A stretch of DNA of 63,304 nt. Source: a virus. Made by a program: the position numbers and the translations under genes. The notes under the pieces are model-generated. The model saw only the letters and a list, made by a program, of their open reading frames with translations. It did no database searches and was not told where the DNA came from. The stretch lies in UHGV virus genome UHGV-1374956; one strand, 5' to 3'. Of this stretch, positions 39,585 to 49,259 are shown piece after piece; position 1 is the stretch's first letter, and each line of letters begins with the position of its first letter.

Positions 39585-40132
39585 TAGTTACCTCCTTCTT
39601 CTTGATTTTCTGTAGTTTCATTTGTTTGCTTATATGTTTCTTCTTCAATATTTTGTTCACCTACAAAGTCTTTATTCAATTGCATACAGCATTCTTGAAC
39701 GAATTGAGGTGTTGCTTGTTTTACTTGTTGGTATTGCGTCCAATCTTCTACATCTTTACTAAAATTAGGTTCTGTATAACAAATAATAGATACTGGTTGA
39801 TTTAATGAAATTCCTAAAGAAATAGAAGGTAATAAATCTGTTAAGAAATCTTTAATTTCACCGTTTGCCATTGTAACTTTACGTCTAATATAGCCTAAAG
39901 AAGTATTGAAAAATTGTTCATTAAAATTAACTTTTCTCTCAGCTTCCTTTTTTGGTGCATATTCAGGATTAACTACAATTTTATTATTATCAACCATATA
40001 TTTATCTTCATCTGAAATATAGTCGTAATAAACATTTTCTTCTACAGAATAACTTTTAATTCCGCCCTTATTTATAGGTTCATTGCTTGCACTAATAATT
40101 TTATTGTTTTGTACGTTTAAATAAAATCCCAT
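39584..40132 (-). CDS. hypothetical protein
   Basis: 182-aa ORF with an acidic C-terminus. Confidence 0.4.
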   Translation of the reverse strand: MGFYLNVQNNKIISASNEPINKGGIKSYSVEENVYYDYISDEDKYMVDNNKIVVNPEYAPKKEAERKVNFNEQFFNTSLGYIRRKVTMANGEIKDFLTDLLPSISLGISLNQPVSIICYTEPNFSKDVEDWTQYQQVKQATPQFVQECCMQLNKDFVGEQNIEEETYKQTNETTENQEEGGN

Positions 40133-40185
40133 ATTTTCCTCCTTAATCTAAGTAAAATGAATTTCCATTCTTTTTAATAACTGTT

Positions 40186-41439
40186 TTAAATGGAAAATCT
40201 TCTAAGTTTATTTGTTGTAACTGTTTTTTCAACTACTTTACTTCTTGTAAATGTAATATGTAATTGTGTATCTTTTTCATTATCTGCAAATATAAATTGA
40301 AGTTTATTTGAATTTTCATTATTTATTTTGCAAGGTTTCCAAGAAGTAACTATTATAGGTTTATCTATTAAAGTTAAAATTGAAATTTTAGTGCCTGTCA
40401 TTGGAAATTCAGGTTTTGGACCTACATTTTTGAATTCTTTGATTGACATATCTTTTATTAAATTATCCAAGTCCAAGCTCCTTATTAAGTTATAAGTATA
40501 ACAATGTTTCGCATAACCTCTGTATGAATTTAATGTACATAATTGTTGTAGAAATGGTCTTTTATCTCTATTTTTAATTATGTCTAATACAGCTCTTTTA
40601 AATTTCTTAGCAGTTCTTTTTCTTAGAATAGTATAACCTCTGAAATGCCTGTAACCTAAGAAATCTATGCCTTGTTTAGTATGGAATACTTCGCTATAAC
40701 TCATCGATTGTTTTAATTCTACATCTATAAATTCGTGAATTAACTTTTGAATTACAAAAAGTTGTTCCTTACTATTAGATAGTATAACACAATCATCGCA
40801 ATATCTACAATAGTCTTTTACTTTTATTTTATGTTTCAATAGTTTATCTAGCTTATTTAGATATATGTTACCGAACAGTTGGCTGGTAAGATTACCAATT
40901 GGACAGTTTTTGCCTCCAGGGAATGAAAATATAATGTCCTTAATAATTTTTAACAATTTGACATCTTTTATCTTCTTGCATACTTCATCATATAAAATTT
41001 GCTGGTCAACAGTAGGATAAAACTTCTTTATATCTGTTTTTAGACAGTAGTCATTTTTCATAATTAGTTTTCTAAGTCTATAACTACCTGCTAATGGTCC
41101 TCTATCTTTTATACACCCATAAGAATGTTGAATAAAACCTTTAACAAATATTTCTTCTATAATATTATTTATTGCATGGTGTACAATTCTATCTTTAAGT
41201 GGTAGAATATAAATAAGTCTATGTTTACCATTTTCGAATATTTGTTTAGTGGAATATTTAGAGGTAGTAAATTTTCCTGCTATAACTTCCTGACGTATCT
41301 TTTCTAAATTTTCTTCTAAATTCTTTTCAAATTCTTGAACATCTTTTCTATCTCTTCTACCAAGTGCTGTTTTATACCAAGCAAGCCTAAAATTTTCTTT
41401 AGATATAAATTTATTCCATAAGTTTCCTACTCTCTTCAT
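40186..41439 (-). CDS. diversity-generating retroelement reverse transcriptase
   Basis: RT motifs, including the YCDDCV catalytic YxDD box. The DGR-specific IGNLTSQLFGNIYL (I/LGxxxSQ) signature is present. Adjacent TR/VR pair. Confidence 0.85.
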   Translation of the reverse strand: MKRVGNLWNKFISKENFRLAWYKTALGRRDRKDVQEFEKNLEENLEKIRQEVIAGKFTTSKYSTKQIFENGKHRLIYILPLKDRIVHHAINNIIEEIFVKGFIQHSYGCIKDRGPLAGSYRLRKLIMKNDYCLKTDIKKFYPTVDQQILYDEVCKKIKDVKLLKIIKDIIFSFPGGKNCPIGNLTSQLFGNIYLNKLDKLLKHKIKVKDYCRYCDDCVILSNSKEQLFVIQKLIHEFIDVELKQSMSYSEVFHTKQGIDFLGYRHFRGYTILRKRTAKKFKRAVLDIIKNRDKRPFLQQLCTLNSYRGYAKHCYTYNLIRSLDLDNLIKDMSIKEFKNVGPKPEFPMTGTKISILTLIDKPIIVTSWKPCKINNENSNKLQFIFADNEKDTQLHITFTRSKVVEKTVTTNKLRRFSI

Positions 41440-41578
41440 TTACCTCCTTAAAATAAAGGGCCCGAATTTTCGCATATTGCTACCAAAACTGACCCTTTTT
41501 CGTATTGTTTTTCCGCTATTTCTAACGAGAGGATTTAGGCCCCAGCTTGCACGACAAAGTTACCTTTTTGTACAATAA

Positions 41579-41688
41579 CACGCCCCGGCAACCATTATTC
41601 ACATTCGCATTCGTCAACGAATTATTCGAATTAGTAGCCCACGAACCGCAGTGCGTCGATTCATTGTAATTGCCACCAAGTCTCACCA
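41579..41688 (-). repeat. DGR template repeat (TR)
   Basis: 110 bp, 95/110 identical to the VR. On the coding (minus) strand it carries nine AAT codons. Confidence 0.85.
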
Positions 41689-41810
41689 GGAAGGGCCTTA
41701 ACCCTTATTAAGTTTTTAATGTTCTACGTCTTTAGTGCTTTGGATTTTGCATTAAGATTTTAGGAATACGGCCCACCTTCACTTCGTTCAGGAGGGCGTG
41801 TCCGTTCTGG

Positions 41811-43850
41811 TTATGCGTGTACACGTTCAACGTGCAAGCTCACGCCCCGGCAACCACTACCCACATACGTACCCGTCAACGAATCAGCCGAAGTAGTAGC
41901 CCACGAACCGCAGTGCGTCGAGTCATTGTAAGGGCCACCAAGTCCCACCACATAAGGTGTACCAAAATGGTCTCCTCGACGAGTATCTGCCCAAGCAGAC
42001 CAATCATGAGAACCGGTAGCGGCAATATCTCTAGAAACTTGCCATAAATAACCACAACAACATTCTACAAAGTATCCGGAAATCATACGTTTACCAGCAG
42101 TATCTAAATAACCTCCACATTTTTTATCAGAAGGAATTGCACTACCTTGAATATTTGTTTTTTGGTTAGAACCTTTAGAGAATATTCTAAATTCATCTGC
42201 ACTTGCTAACTGTTTACCTACTTGGTCCATATCTCCAAAGAATAACATATATTGTCTATTATTTGTAATTGTACCAGCGTAAGAACTTGCTGTAGAAGTA
42301 CCTGTACCACTTTGTAGGTAAATATCAACCCATTTCCTAATATTTCCTCTGTCTACAAATACTTGTCCTTTATTTCCTGTTAAGGCGGCAGAACGAAACG
42401 CTGGAGTCCAAGATGAATTAGGTATAAAGTAGCCTGCATTATAACCTATAGCCGGATGGTTAGCCCAAAAACTATCACTTAAAAGGGTTGGAGCATTACC
42501 TTCTGTTACTGCTTGACATAATGTGTGAGCTCCACCTATTTGAACTGCATTTGTAGTCCCTACTGGTAGATTTTCATTTAAACTTGCAATAAGTTGACCT
42601 TGATTATCTAAATAGAAATAATAATCTTTACCATTTTCTATTGAACCCGTATCTAAAATTTCTGAAATAGGTTTAAGAAAATCATTTTCAGTGTAGAAAG
42701 TGTCTCCATTTGCTTTTCTTATTGCGGTACCTGCTTTAATAGTTACATATTGTTTATCCGCAAAAATAAAGTTTGGTTGTTTATATTCAAATTCTCTATT
42801 CGCATACCAAATAATATTTGCTTTTTTTGGTAATTCTGCAAGACATTGGGTGGTATTAGCTAAAGAACTTTCATCTGCTCCTGTTGCTAATTGTACCATT
42901 GGTCTTAATTTGATTGAATTTGGTTGAACTGGTGCGTTATCTTGGTAGGTAGGAGAAGAAAGAGAAGCGTTGAAGCCTAAAGAAGTATTACCGGAAACCT
43001 GAGTAAAACTACCAACAACAGAACCAATACCACTATTGTAAAAAGCACCATTAAATAAACTACCATTATATTGGTTTCCTGTATTACCTTTAATATTCGG
43101 CAAACTTTCTGAAACATATTGACCGATTTTACTAACTTCATCTGCTTGTATATAAATTTCTTTAAGTTTAGGAACTTTAAATTTTTGATTTACAGTATCA
43201 AGCCCCCAGTATGTACATACACCAGTTTCTTCAATATTAGTTTCAAAAGTTTCATAATCCACCCAAGGTAGTGAATTAGCAACTAATAAATCATAAGGAT
43301 TAGTGTCACCTGTAAAATCAGCTTTGTTAAATTCTTGACCGTTACAATCATAAGCACCATTTAAAGAACTATCTTTACGATAAGTCCAAAAAACGTCACC
43401 TATATTTCTACCTACTGCCCCTTTATTTTCTAACATATAGAAACAATCTTGTGATAAATCATATCTTAATGTTACAAGCCAACCTTCAGGAATAGAGCCT
43501 GCTGTTAGTGCTAAATTTTTAAGAGTTTTAATTTGTTTAGCTCCTAAATTGTTTACATTTACATAGCAATTACCTGTATTAGCGGTTGATGATTTAAAAA
43601 CAACCTCCATACCATTAAAATAGCTTGTAGGTGCTATGTTTTGTGAATCATCTGCGTATGTAACGGGTTCTAATACATAAGTATTTGAACTAAAACTTGT
43701 ATTCTCATAAAAAGAACCATTACTTGCATAAACTGGAAGCATATTTGTGAGATTGTTGATACCCTCCCCTATGGTATTCATGTGGATAGGCATGACAGTT
43801 TCATTTTGATTCCAAGTTGTTTTTTGGTCTGCTGTCAAATTGTTTGGCAT
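41811..43850 (-). CDS. tail fibre / receptor-binding protein, DGR target (C-terminal variable region)
   Basis: 679 aa, last gene of the tail module. The VR encodes the C-terminal ~37 codons (GLGGPYNDSTHCGSWATTSADSLTGTYVGSGCRGV). Confidence 0.75.
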   Translation of the reverse strand: MPNNLTADQKTTWNQNETVMPIHMNTIGEGINNLTNMLPVYASNGSFYENTSFSSNTYVLEPVTYADDSQNIAPTSYFNGMEVVFKSSTANTGNCYVNVNNLGAKQIKTLKNLALTAGSIPEGWLVTLRYDLSQDCFYMLENKGAVGRNIGDVFWTYRKDSSLNGAYDCNGQEFNKADFTGDTNPYDLLVANSLPWVDYETFETNIEETGVCTYWGLDTVNQKFKVPKLKEIYIQADEVSKIGQYVSESLPNIKGNTGNQYNGSLFNGAFYNSGIGSVVGSFTQVSGNTSLGFNASLSSPTYQDNAPVQPNSIKLRPMVQLATGADESSLANTTQCLAELPKKANIIWYANREFEYKQPNFIFADKQYVTIKAGTAIRKANGDTFYTENDFLKPISEILDTGSIENGKDYYFYLDNQGQLIASLNENLPVGTTNAVQIGGAHTLCQAVTEGNAPTLLSDSFWANHPAIGYNAGYFIPNSSWTPAFRSAALTGNKGQVFVDRGNIRKWVDIYLQSGTGTSTASSYAGTITNNRQYMLFFGDMDQVGKQLASADEFRIFSKGSNQKTNIQGSAIPSDKKCGGYLDTAGKRMISGYFVECCCGYLWQVSRDIAATGSHDWSAWADTRRGDHFGTPYVVGLGGPYNDSTHCGSWATTSADSLTGTYVGSGCRGVSLHVERVHA
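41841..41950 (-). repeat. DGR variable repeat (VR) at the 3' end of the tail-fibre gene
   Basis: 14 of 15 TR/VR mismatches fall at TR adenines (minus strand). GC-rich IMH-like GGTTGCCGGGGCGTG is shared at the 3' end. Confidence 0.85.
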
Positions 43851-44812
43851 TATATATCCTCCTTCACTTCTAATGTATGTGCCAATCTTACAGTATCAGG
43901 AACTGGAATATATACATTTGCATTTTCTAATACTGTGTTATCTACATCTAATAATTTAATATTAGTTATGTTTTCAACCTGCTGTCTTGTTACAGAATAT
44001 GCAAGTCTTAAAGTATTTAAAGTAACTGTTTTATCATAATCTGCAATAACAATATCTAAAGTATCGTTTATTCGTGCTTTATAGAATTTTGATTTGTATT
44101 GATTTAATGTGAAATCAAATAAAGGTTGTTCTAAACTTTTTGTTCCTGCCATTTTTACGATTTCTCCTTGTTGTCTTATAAATGGTTCTGCACCTAATTT
44201 CCAATTTCCGTCAAGTTTGTAATTATATACAGTTCCACCATCTACACTATAGAAAGGTCTTAAACCTAATGCCCAACTACCATCTAATTTATAGTTCCAG
44301 ATTAAACGTTGAGCATATATTGTATCATTTACATCTACTGCTTTTGATACTCTAGGATTATTTATAAATATCATATTACAAGGTTTCACAAAAGTCAAAC
44401 TGGCTCTAATTTCATGATACCATAAACTATCTTCAACCGCACTTTCTAAAGTTATTGTATAATTGTCATTATCTATATCTAAAATATATCTTCCTTTTCC
44501 AAAAAACTGGTCAAACATTATTCTTAAATAATAGTAAGTATAAGGAGGTGTAAGCATTTTCATTCTAGATAATACACGCTCACGCCTAAATGTTAAATTT
44601 TCAGTTTCTGGATTAGCTACAATGTGAAAAATATTTTCGTAATAAGTTATAGCTTTAAGACTTGCTTTTTGTACAAATTGGTCCATTAAAGCCTGTTCAT
44701 ATCTTGCATGAAGTTTATTTACTTCAATAGATAATGAATCTTGTTCTGTTTCTGCTTCCACAATACCGTTATAAATATCAGGAAGATATGTTTTTAAATC
44801 TACTTTATCCAT
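43850..44812 (-). CDS. tail/baseplate protein (XkdU-like)
   Basis: Position between the baseplate J-like protein and the fibre. Confidence 0.45.
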   Translation of the reverse strand: MDKVDLKTYLPDIYNGIVEAETEQDSLSIEVNKLHARYEQALMDQFVQKASLKAITYYENIFHIVANPETENLTFRRERVLSRMKMLTPPYTYYYLRIMFDQFFGKGRYILDIDNDNYTITLESAVEDSLWYHEIRASLTFVKPCNMIFINNPRVSKAVDVNDTIYAQRLIWNYKLDGSWALGLRPFYSVDGGTVYNYKLDGNWKLGAEPFIRQQGEIVKMAGTKSLEQPLFDFTLNQYKSKFYKARINDTLDIVIADYDKTVTLNTLRLAYSVTRQQVENITNIKLLDVDNTVLENANVYIPVPDTVRLAHTLEVKEDI

Positions 44813-45980
44813 TTAATGTAATTTCTCCAGTTACTGGTAATTGTTGTATCAATTCATTTTCAGTTAATACAATATCTTTTTCTTCACCATTTAATTTACA
44901 TTGAGTTACATTTTCAACACCGGGTGTGTTTAAAATTGCGGAAATAATACGTTGTCTAATTATTGTTACAGAATATTCATTTAAGTCTGTAGATTTACTC
45001 CAATCTTGACGCAATCCAAAGAAATAGCTTTCTATATTATCTATAATAGATTGTTTTATTTGTTGGAGAGTGAACCCAGTAGCACATACCACAGCGGCTT
45101 GAATATTAGTTGTATATTTTTGAGCACCTACCACAGTTACAACGTGTCCAATTGGTGCTTTTCCTAATCCTTTACCTGCATATTCATCATTCCAATGAGG
45201 GTCAATTGCTTTTTGTACTGCTTCAACAAGAGTAGAACTAGGGACGCTGTATGTTGAATCAATAAATACAATTTTTACAGTTCCTCCACCATTCCATACC
45301 GGATAAACTTGACAGGTTCCTACCCCGTCTAAACTTTCTATAAATTCTCTATATTCAGGTATATTGCCTCCAAAAGGTTTTTGACGGACTACTTCAAAAT
45401 ATTCTGCTCTTAAATCTTCTTCATCTTGTTCAGCTTCACCTGGAATTAAAATATCAGCTAGAGTTGCCGTTGTTAAACCTGTAATATCATAAGCAGGAAC
45501 TATTTCTCCGAAATATTGATTACCTATTTCACCTGCTTGTGTACATTCTAAAATATAAGAACCTGGAACTGTTTGTCCATTTTGTGTAAATACTTCTTTG
45601 ACTACAAAGTTTATTAAATTTGTTTCACCTACTGTAGAAAATTCAGTGCCTAGTGTAATTGCAAAAGGTCCTCCCGCACCATTAGTAAATACACCTTTTC
45701 TTTTAGCATAAGTGGCAGGTTCACGTTCAATTCCTTGTTCTTCACAACGCCATTCCAAAAAATTTCCGTGAGCTGTGGCCGCAAACGCATTTCCCATCAT
45801 AGCTTGTAAATATAAATAAGCCTTGGCGATTTCAATACAACAAGGAGCACCGCTATCCCAAATAACGGAACCTTCCCTTTTATCAACATCATCTCTAACA
45901 TTACCTAAATAACTAGCTAATATATATTCATAATCTTGTTCATCTACATAATCAGGAATCTGTGGTATATTAGTTGCCAT
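44805..45980 (-). CDS. baseplate J-like protein
   Basis: 391-aa ORF in the same order as PBSX-type baseplate modules. Confidence 0.5.
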   Translation of the reverse strand: MATNIPQIPDYVDEQDYEYILASYLGNVRDDVDKREGSVIWDSGAPCCIEIAKAYLYLQAMMGNAFAATAHGNFLEWRCEEQGIEREPATYAKRKGVFTNGAGGPFAITLGTEFSTVGETNLINFVVKEVFTQNGQTVPGSYILECTQAGEIGNQYFGEIVPAYDITGLTTATLADILIPGEAEQDEEDLRAEYFEVVRQKPFGGNIPEYREFIESLDGVGTCQVYPVWNGGGTVKIVFIDSTYSVPSSTLVEAVQKAIDPHWNDEYAGKGLGKAPIGHVVTVVGAQKYTTNIQAAVVCATGFTLQQIKQSIIDNIESYFFGLRQDWSKSTDLNEYSVTIIRQRIISAILNTPGVENVTQCKLNGEEKDIVLTENELIQQLPVTGEITLNG

Positions 45981-46338
45981 ATTTAAACTCCTTTGTTACA
46001 TTTTCTATTAAACCCTCTGAAGATAAGATATCAAAAGTAGCTAAACAAGAATCTATTGATTGTTGTTGAACTTTAAAATTGGTAATATCTAAAATTCTAT
46101 CATCTTTTGATAAACATTCTCTTATATAATATTCTAAATTTGTTTGTATAAAATCTAAATCTTCTCCTACAAATTGGTCTTCTAAAAAACCATATTCCCA
46201 AGAATAAATTTCATGCCCGTATTTTTGAGTACCCAAGGCTTTAAATACAGCTTGTAGAATTGAATCAATACTATCCACCATTGATGTCATTCTTTTATTT
46301 TCAGAATCTATATAATAAGTTAAAGAATTTTGAGCCAT
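45970..46338 (-). CDS. baseplate wedge protein (gp25/XkdS-like)
   Basis: 122-aa ORF immediately upstream of the baseplate J-like protein. Confidence 0.45.
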   Translation of the reverse strand: MAQNSLTYYIDSENKRMTSMVDSIDSILQAVFKALGTQKYGHEIYSWEYGFLEDQFVGEDLDFIQTNLEYYIRECLSKDDRILDITNFKVQQQSIDSCLATFDILSSEGLIENVTKEFKYGN

Positions 46339-46385
46339 TTCGTCTCCTTGATTTCATTATAGCATAAATTTTGAATATTGTACAT

Positions 46386-47498
46386 TTAATCAGTATCACT
46401 TCGTAATTCTTCTAAATATTTTGCCATTTGTTGACTTGATTTTGTGAAACTTAATTGCTTTAAAGATTTTGATATTTCACCAATGTCTTTAGTAGATATA
46501 GAAGTTTTACCTACTATATTAGGCAGTGGTGCGTATCTTGTAGCATAAGATTGAAAATAATCCTTAAATTTCCACGTGAAATCTCCTTGTCTAATATATG
46601 TTAAATTTTTTATTCCATTATACTTTGCCACCCAGAATATTAAATTTTTTGAAACTATGGAATAAGCTCCTTTACATATATTCCACCATTTTGTTATAGA
46701 GCTCGCATACCCGATAAATTGGTTTGCATTAGACTTCATTGAAGTTATAATATCTTTTAATGAAGTAGTTGATTTGAATGCTGGTGTACCATCAGCATTC
46801 AATTTGGTAGGACTTATATCTGTCCATTCTACTAAACTTAATTGATACCTATAATCTCCGTTATTCTCAGGTTCATACTGAAAAGTATTTACAGTTACCG
46901 GAGTCCAATATATATTACCTCCTTGATAGAAATTCATAGAAATTTTAAAATGCGTATTTTCTGCATTCAATTTATTAAATATATCTATATAAATTTCAGG
47001 GCTGGTTACTGCTTTAGTTATTTCTGTTAAATCAGAAGCTAAATTTACAACCGTACTAGCTAGTCCAAATAAATTAGATTGTCTAACTGTTGTATTTATA
47101 TAAGAAGCTGACGAATCATATGGAAAAAATGTCTCAAATCTAAATTGTTTAGCCTTAGCATATTTTGGCATAACAACTTCACCAATTTGAGCTACATTAT
47201 TACTTTCGCTACCATTACCCGTATCGATTTGAATTGTAGGAGGAGTTACCGGCAATTGAAATCTGATAGGTGCTTGATTTTGAGGCGGTTTTAATTTTAA
47301 GCCTGTACCAAAATTAAAGTATGCAGTTATTAAACCACCTAATAATGAACCTTGTTGTTTAAATCCTTTATATCCTAATAAATATTTCCATTTATCATCA
47401 TACTCAATTTCTATATAAATTTTGGCAGGAGAAGGTCCTCTAGAAACAAGTGTAAATGGGTTTATAATGCCTTTTTTAAGTTTACTGACTACCGCCAT
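46386..47498 (-). CDS. tail/baseplate protein
   Basis: 370-aa ORF inside the baseplate block. Confidence 0.4.
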   Translation of the reverse strand: MAVVSKLKKGIINPFTLVSRGPSPAKIYIEIEYDDKWKYLLGYKGFKQQGSLLGGLITAYFNFGTGLKLKPPQNQAPIRFQLPVTPPTIQIDTGNGSESNNVAQIGEVVMPKYAKAKQFRFETFFPYDSSASYINTTVRQSNLFGLASTVVNLASDLTEITKAVTSPEIYIDIFNKLNAENTHFKISMNFYQGGNIYWTPVTVNTFQYEPENNGDYRYQLSLVEWTDISPTKLNADGTPAFKSTTSLKDIITSMKSNANQFIGYASSITKWWNICKGAYSIVSKNLIFWVAKYNGIKNLTYIRQGDFTWKFKDYFQSYATRYAPLPNIVGKTSISTKDIGEISKSLKQLSFTKSSQQMAKYLEELRSDTD

Positions 47499-47979
47499 CT
47501 TCTACCTCCGGTGTTTCATTTGTAATTTTTTCTTCTCTTTCTATAATATAATATAGTTGGCCTTCTTGTATTTTTAGTAGTCTTACAATATCACCTACCA
47601 CTAATCCACGCCATAACCTAATTCTTGGAAGTGCAAATTCTGTATCAATTTCAATGTGATGTTTATGGTTTTGAGCTCCTTGTCCGCCGTCGTTAGCTTC
47701 ATCAGTATCTGCTGAAATATGATGTCTGTGCATAAATATTCCATCTTCAGGAGTTTCACCATCTGTGGTTGTAGGAATATCAATCCAAGTTTCACGAACT
47801 GTTTGAGACAACAATAATTCGTCTTCTGCTAATGTTTGTTTATTACTTATTCTAACCTGCAAAGGTGATATTGAAATAACCTCACCAGTAAGAAATAAAA
47901 CAGGATTAGATTCTTGTTTTACTATAGATAAAATATGATTAGTTATACTTTCTATCATAGGTGTTAAGTTTAATGTCAT
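47482..47979 (-). CDS. baseplate assembly/spike-like protein
   Basis: 165-aa ORF. Confidence 0.4.
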   Translation of the reverse strand: MTLNLTPMIESITNHILSIVKQESNPVLFLTGEVISISPLQVRISNKQTLAEDELLLSQTVRETWIDIPTTTDGETPEDGIFMHRHHISADTDEANDGGQGAQNHKHHIEIDTEFALPRIRLWRGLVVGDIVRLLKIQEGQLYYIIEREEKITNETPEVEDGGSQ

Positions 47980-49259
47980 AAATCATATTCTCCTTGTTCT
48001 CCACAACTTACTACAAGATTCATTTTAAGTGGATGTTCTACAATGAGTTCACATTCCTTCACCGTTCTATATATAGGTATAAGTGTAGAATTTTCATCGT
48101 CCCAAGTTCCTATAGAAGTGCCGCCAATTTGTTTAATTGCAATAGGCACAAGATACCCTGCTCTCATACCTATAACTCCATAACAACTTAAAGTCAATGA
48201 TGAAGTTTTTCTATCTAATATAGCTAATAAATCTTTGGCTACTTTATCCATTTGAGCTTCTGTATAGGAATCTGGGCATTTGTGGTAATACGGAAGATAC
48301 CCATATAAGCCTTCGCTGGTTTTTTGAATTTCTTCAGGAGTGGATGGAGCAATTCTTACAATCCTTGTTCCTGTCTTTTTACCATGTTTAAGTGATTTTC
48401 CTGTTTTACTTAAATAAGTTTTTTCGTCTTTATACAGAATAATTCTATTAAAGGTTTGAGAATCTATAGTAGTTTTATAACTATAATCTGTAATTAAATC
48501 ACTGTCTGTTATAGGTACATTTGTAGTTAAGTTGTTTCTTAATTGTAATTGAACAACTCCACCTGTCTTTTTTAATTCTTCCTCATCATCTAAATTACTT
48601 TCATGGAAGTATGTAAAATATTGTTTACGTTGTTCAGGAGAATTTATAATAGTTTGATTTATTGCAAATTCCATAATATTAAATGCGGATTTCATATCAT
48701 ATCTTTGAGAAGGTACAACAACATTGGAATTGGTATAAACGTCAAAAGGTAATTTTAAATCTTGGCATAATTTTGTAAATATTTCGCTTACAGTTAAACC
48801 TTTAGTTCCGTCTTCTGACATCATCATACTTTTATCATAAGATAATGGAGTTTTAAAATATCTTAAATAATCGAAAGCAACAACGAACATCTCACCTTTT
48901 TGCTTAAAACTTCTAGTAAATATAAAACCACAAAATCTACATTTTTTATTAAGATATAATCTTACTCTGTCACCTTCTTTAAATAAAGATTGGCAATCCG
49001 GGTGTAACATTGTAAACGAAATTTGGCCACAAGAATTATGAAGTGTAGTTTTTACTCTAATATCACAACTACATCTAGAAACATCGTAACTATCAGAAAA
49101 TAATCTACTAACTCCTATACTTGTATCATATTCTGTTTTATCTACAGAATCTATAATAAGTTGTATTTCCGGATATAAGTCAAAATCTGACATTAGGTCA
49201 ATTTTAGAATCTGTATCTTGCCATTTTATAGAAGCTAATTTGACATCTTGTAATTCCAT
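47976..49259 (-). CDS. distal tail/baseplate hub protein (XkdQ-like)
   Basis: 427-aa ORF immediately downstream of the tape measure. Confidence 0.45.
   Translation of the reverse strand: MELQDVKLASIKWQDTDSKIDLMSDFDLYPEIQLIIDSVDKTEYDTSIGVSRLFSDSYDVSRCSCDIRVKTTLHNSCGQISFTMLHPDCQSLFKEGDRVRLYLNKKCRFCGFIFTRSFKQKGEMFVVAFDYLRYFKTPLSYDKSMMMSEDGTKGLTVSEIFTKLCQDLKLPFDVYTNSNVVVPSQRYDMKSAFNIMEFAINQTIINSPEQRKQYFTYFHESNLDDEEELKKTGGVVQLQLRNNLTTNVPITDSDLITDYSYKTTIDSQTFNRIILYKDEKTYLSKTGKSLKHGKKTGTRIVRIAPSTPEEIQKTSEGLYGYLPYYHKCPDSYTEAQMDKVAKDLLAILDRKTSSLTLSCYGVIGMRAGYLVPIAIKQIGGTSIGTWDDENSTLIPIYRTVKECELIVEHPLKMNLVVSCGEQGEYDL

Noticed and set aside
41817-42047. Plus-strand 76-aa ORF overlapping the VR and the fibre 3' end
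   Set aside because: It is antisense to the tail-fibre gene. It is open only because of the GC-rich VR, and it has no RBS.
41440-43850. A second VR elsewhere in the genome
   Set aside because: Looking by eye for the IMH-like GGTTGCCGGGGCGTG / CACGCCCCGGCAACC and for further TR-like GC-rich blocks found only the single TR/VR pair.
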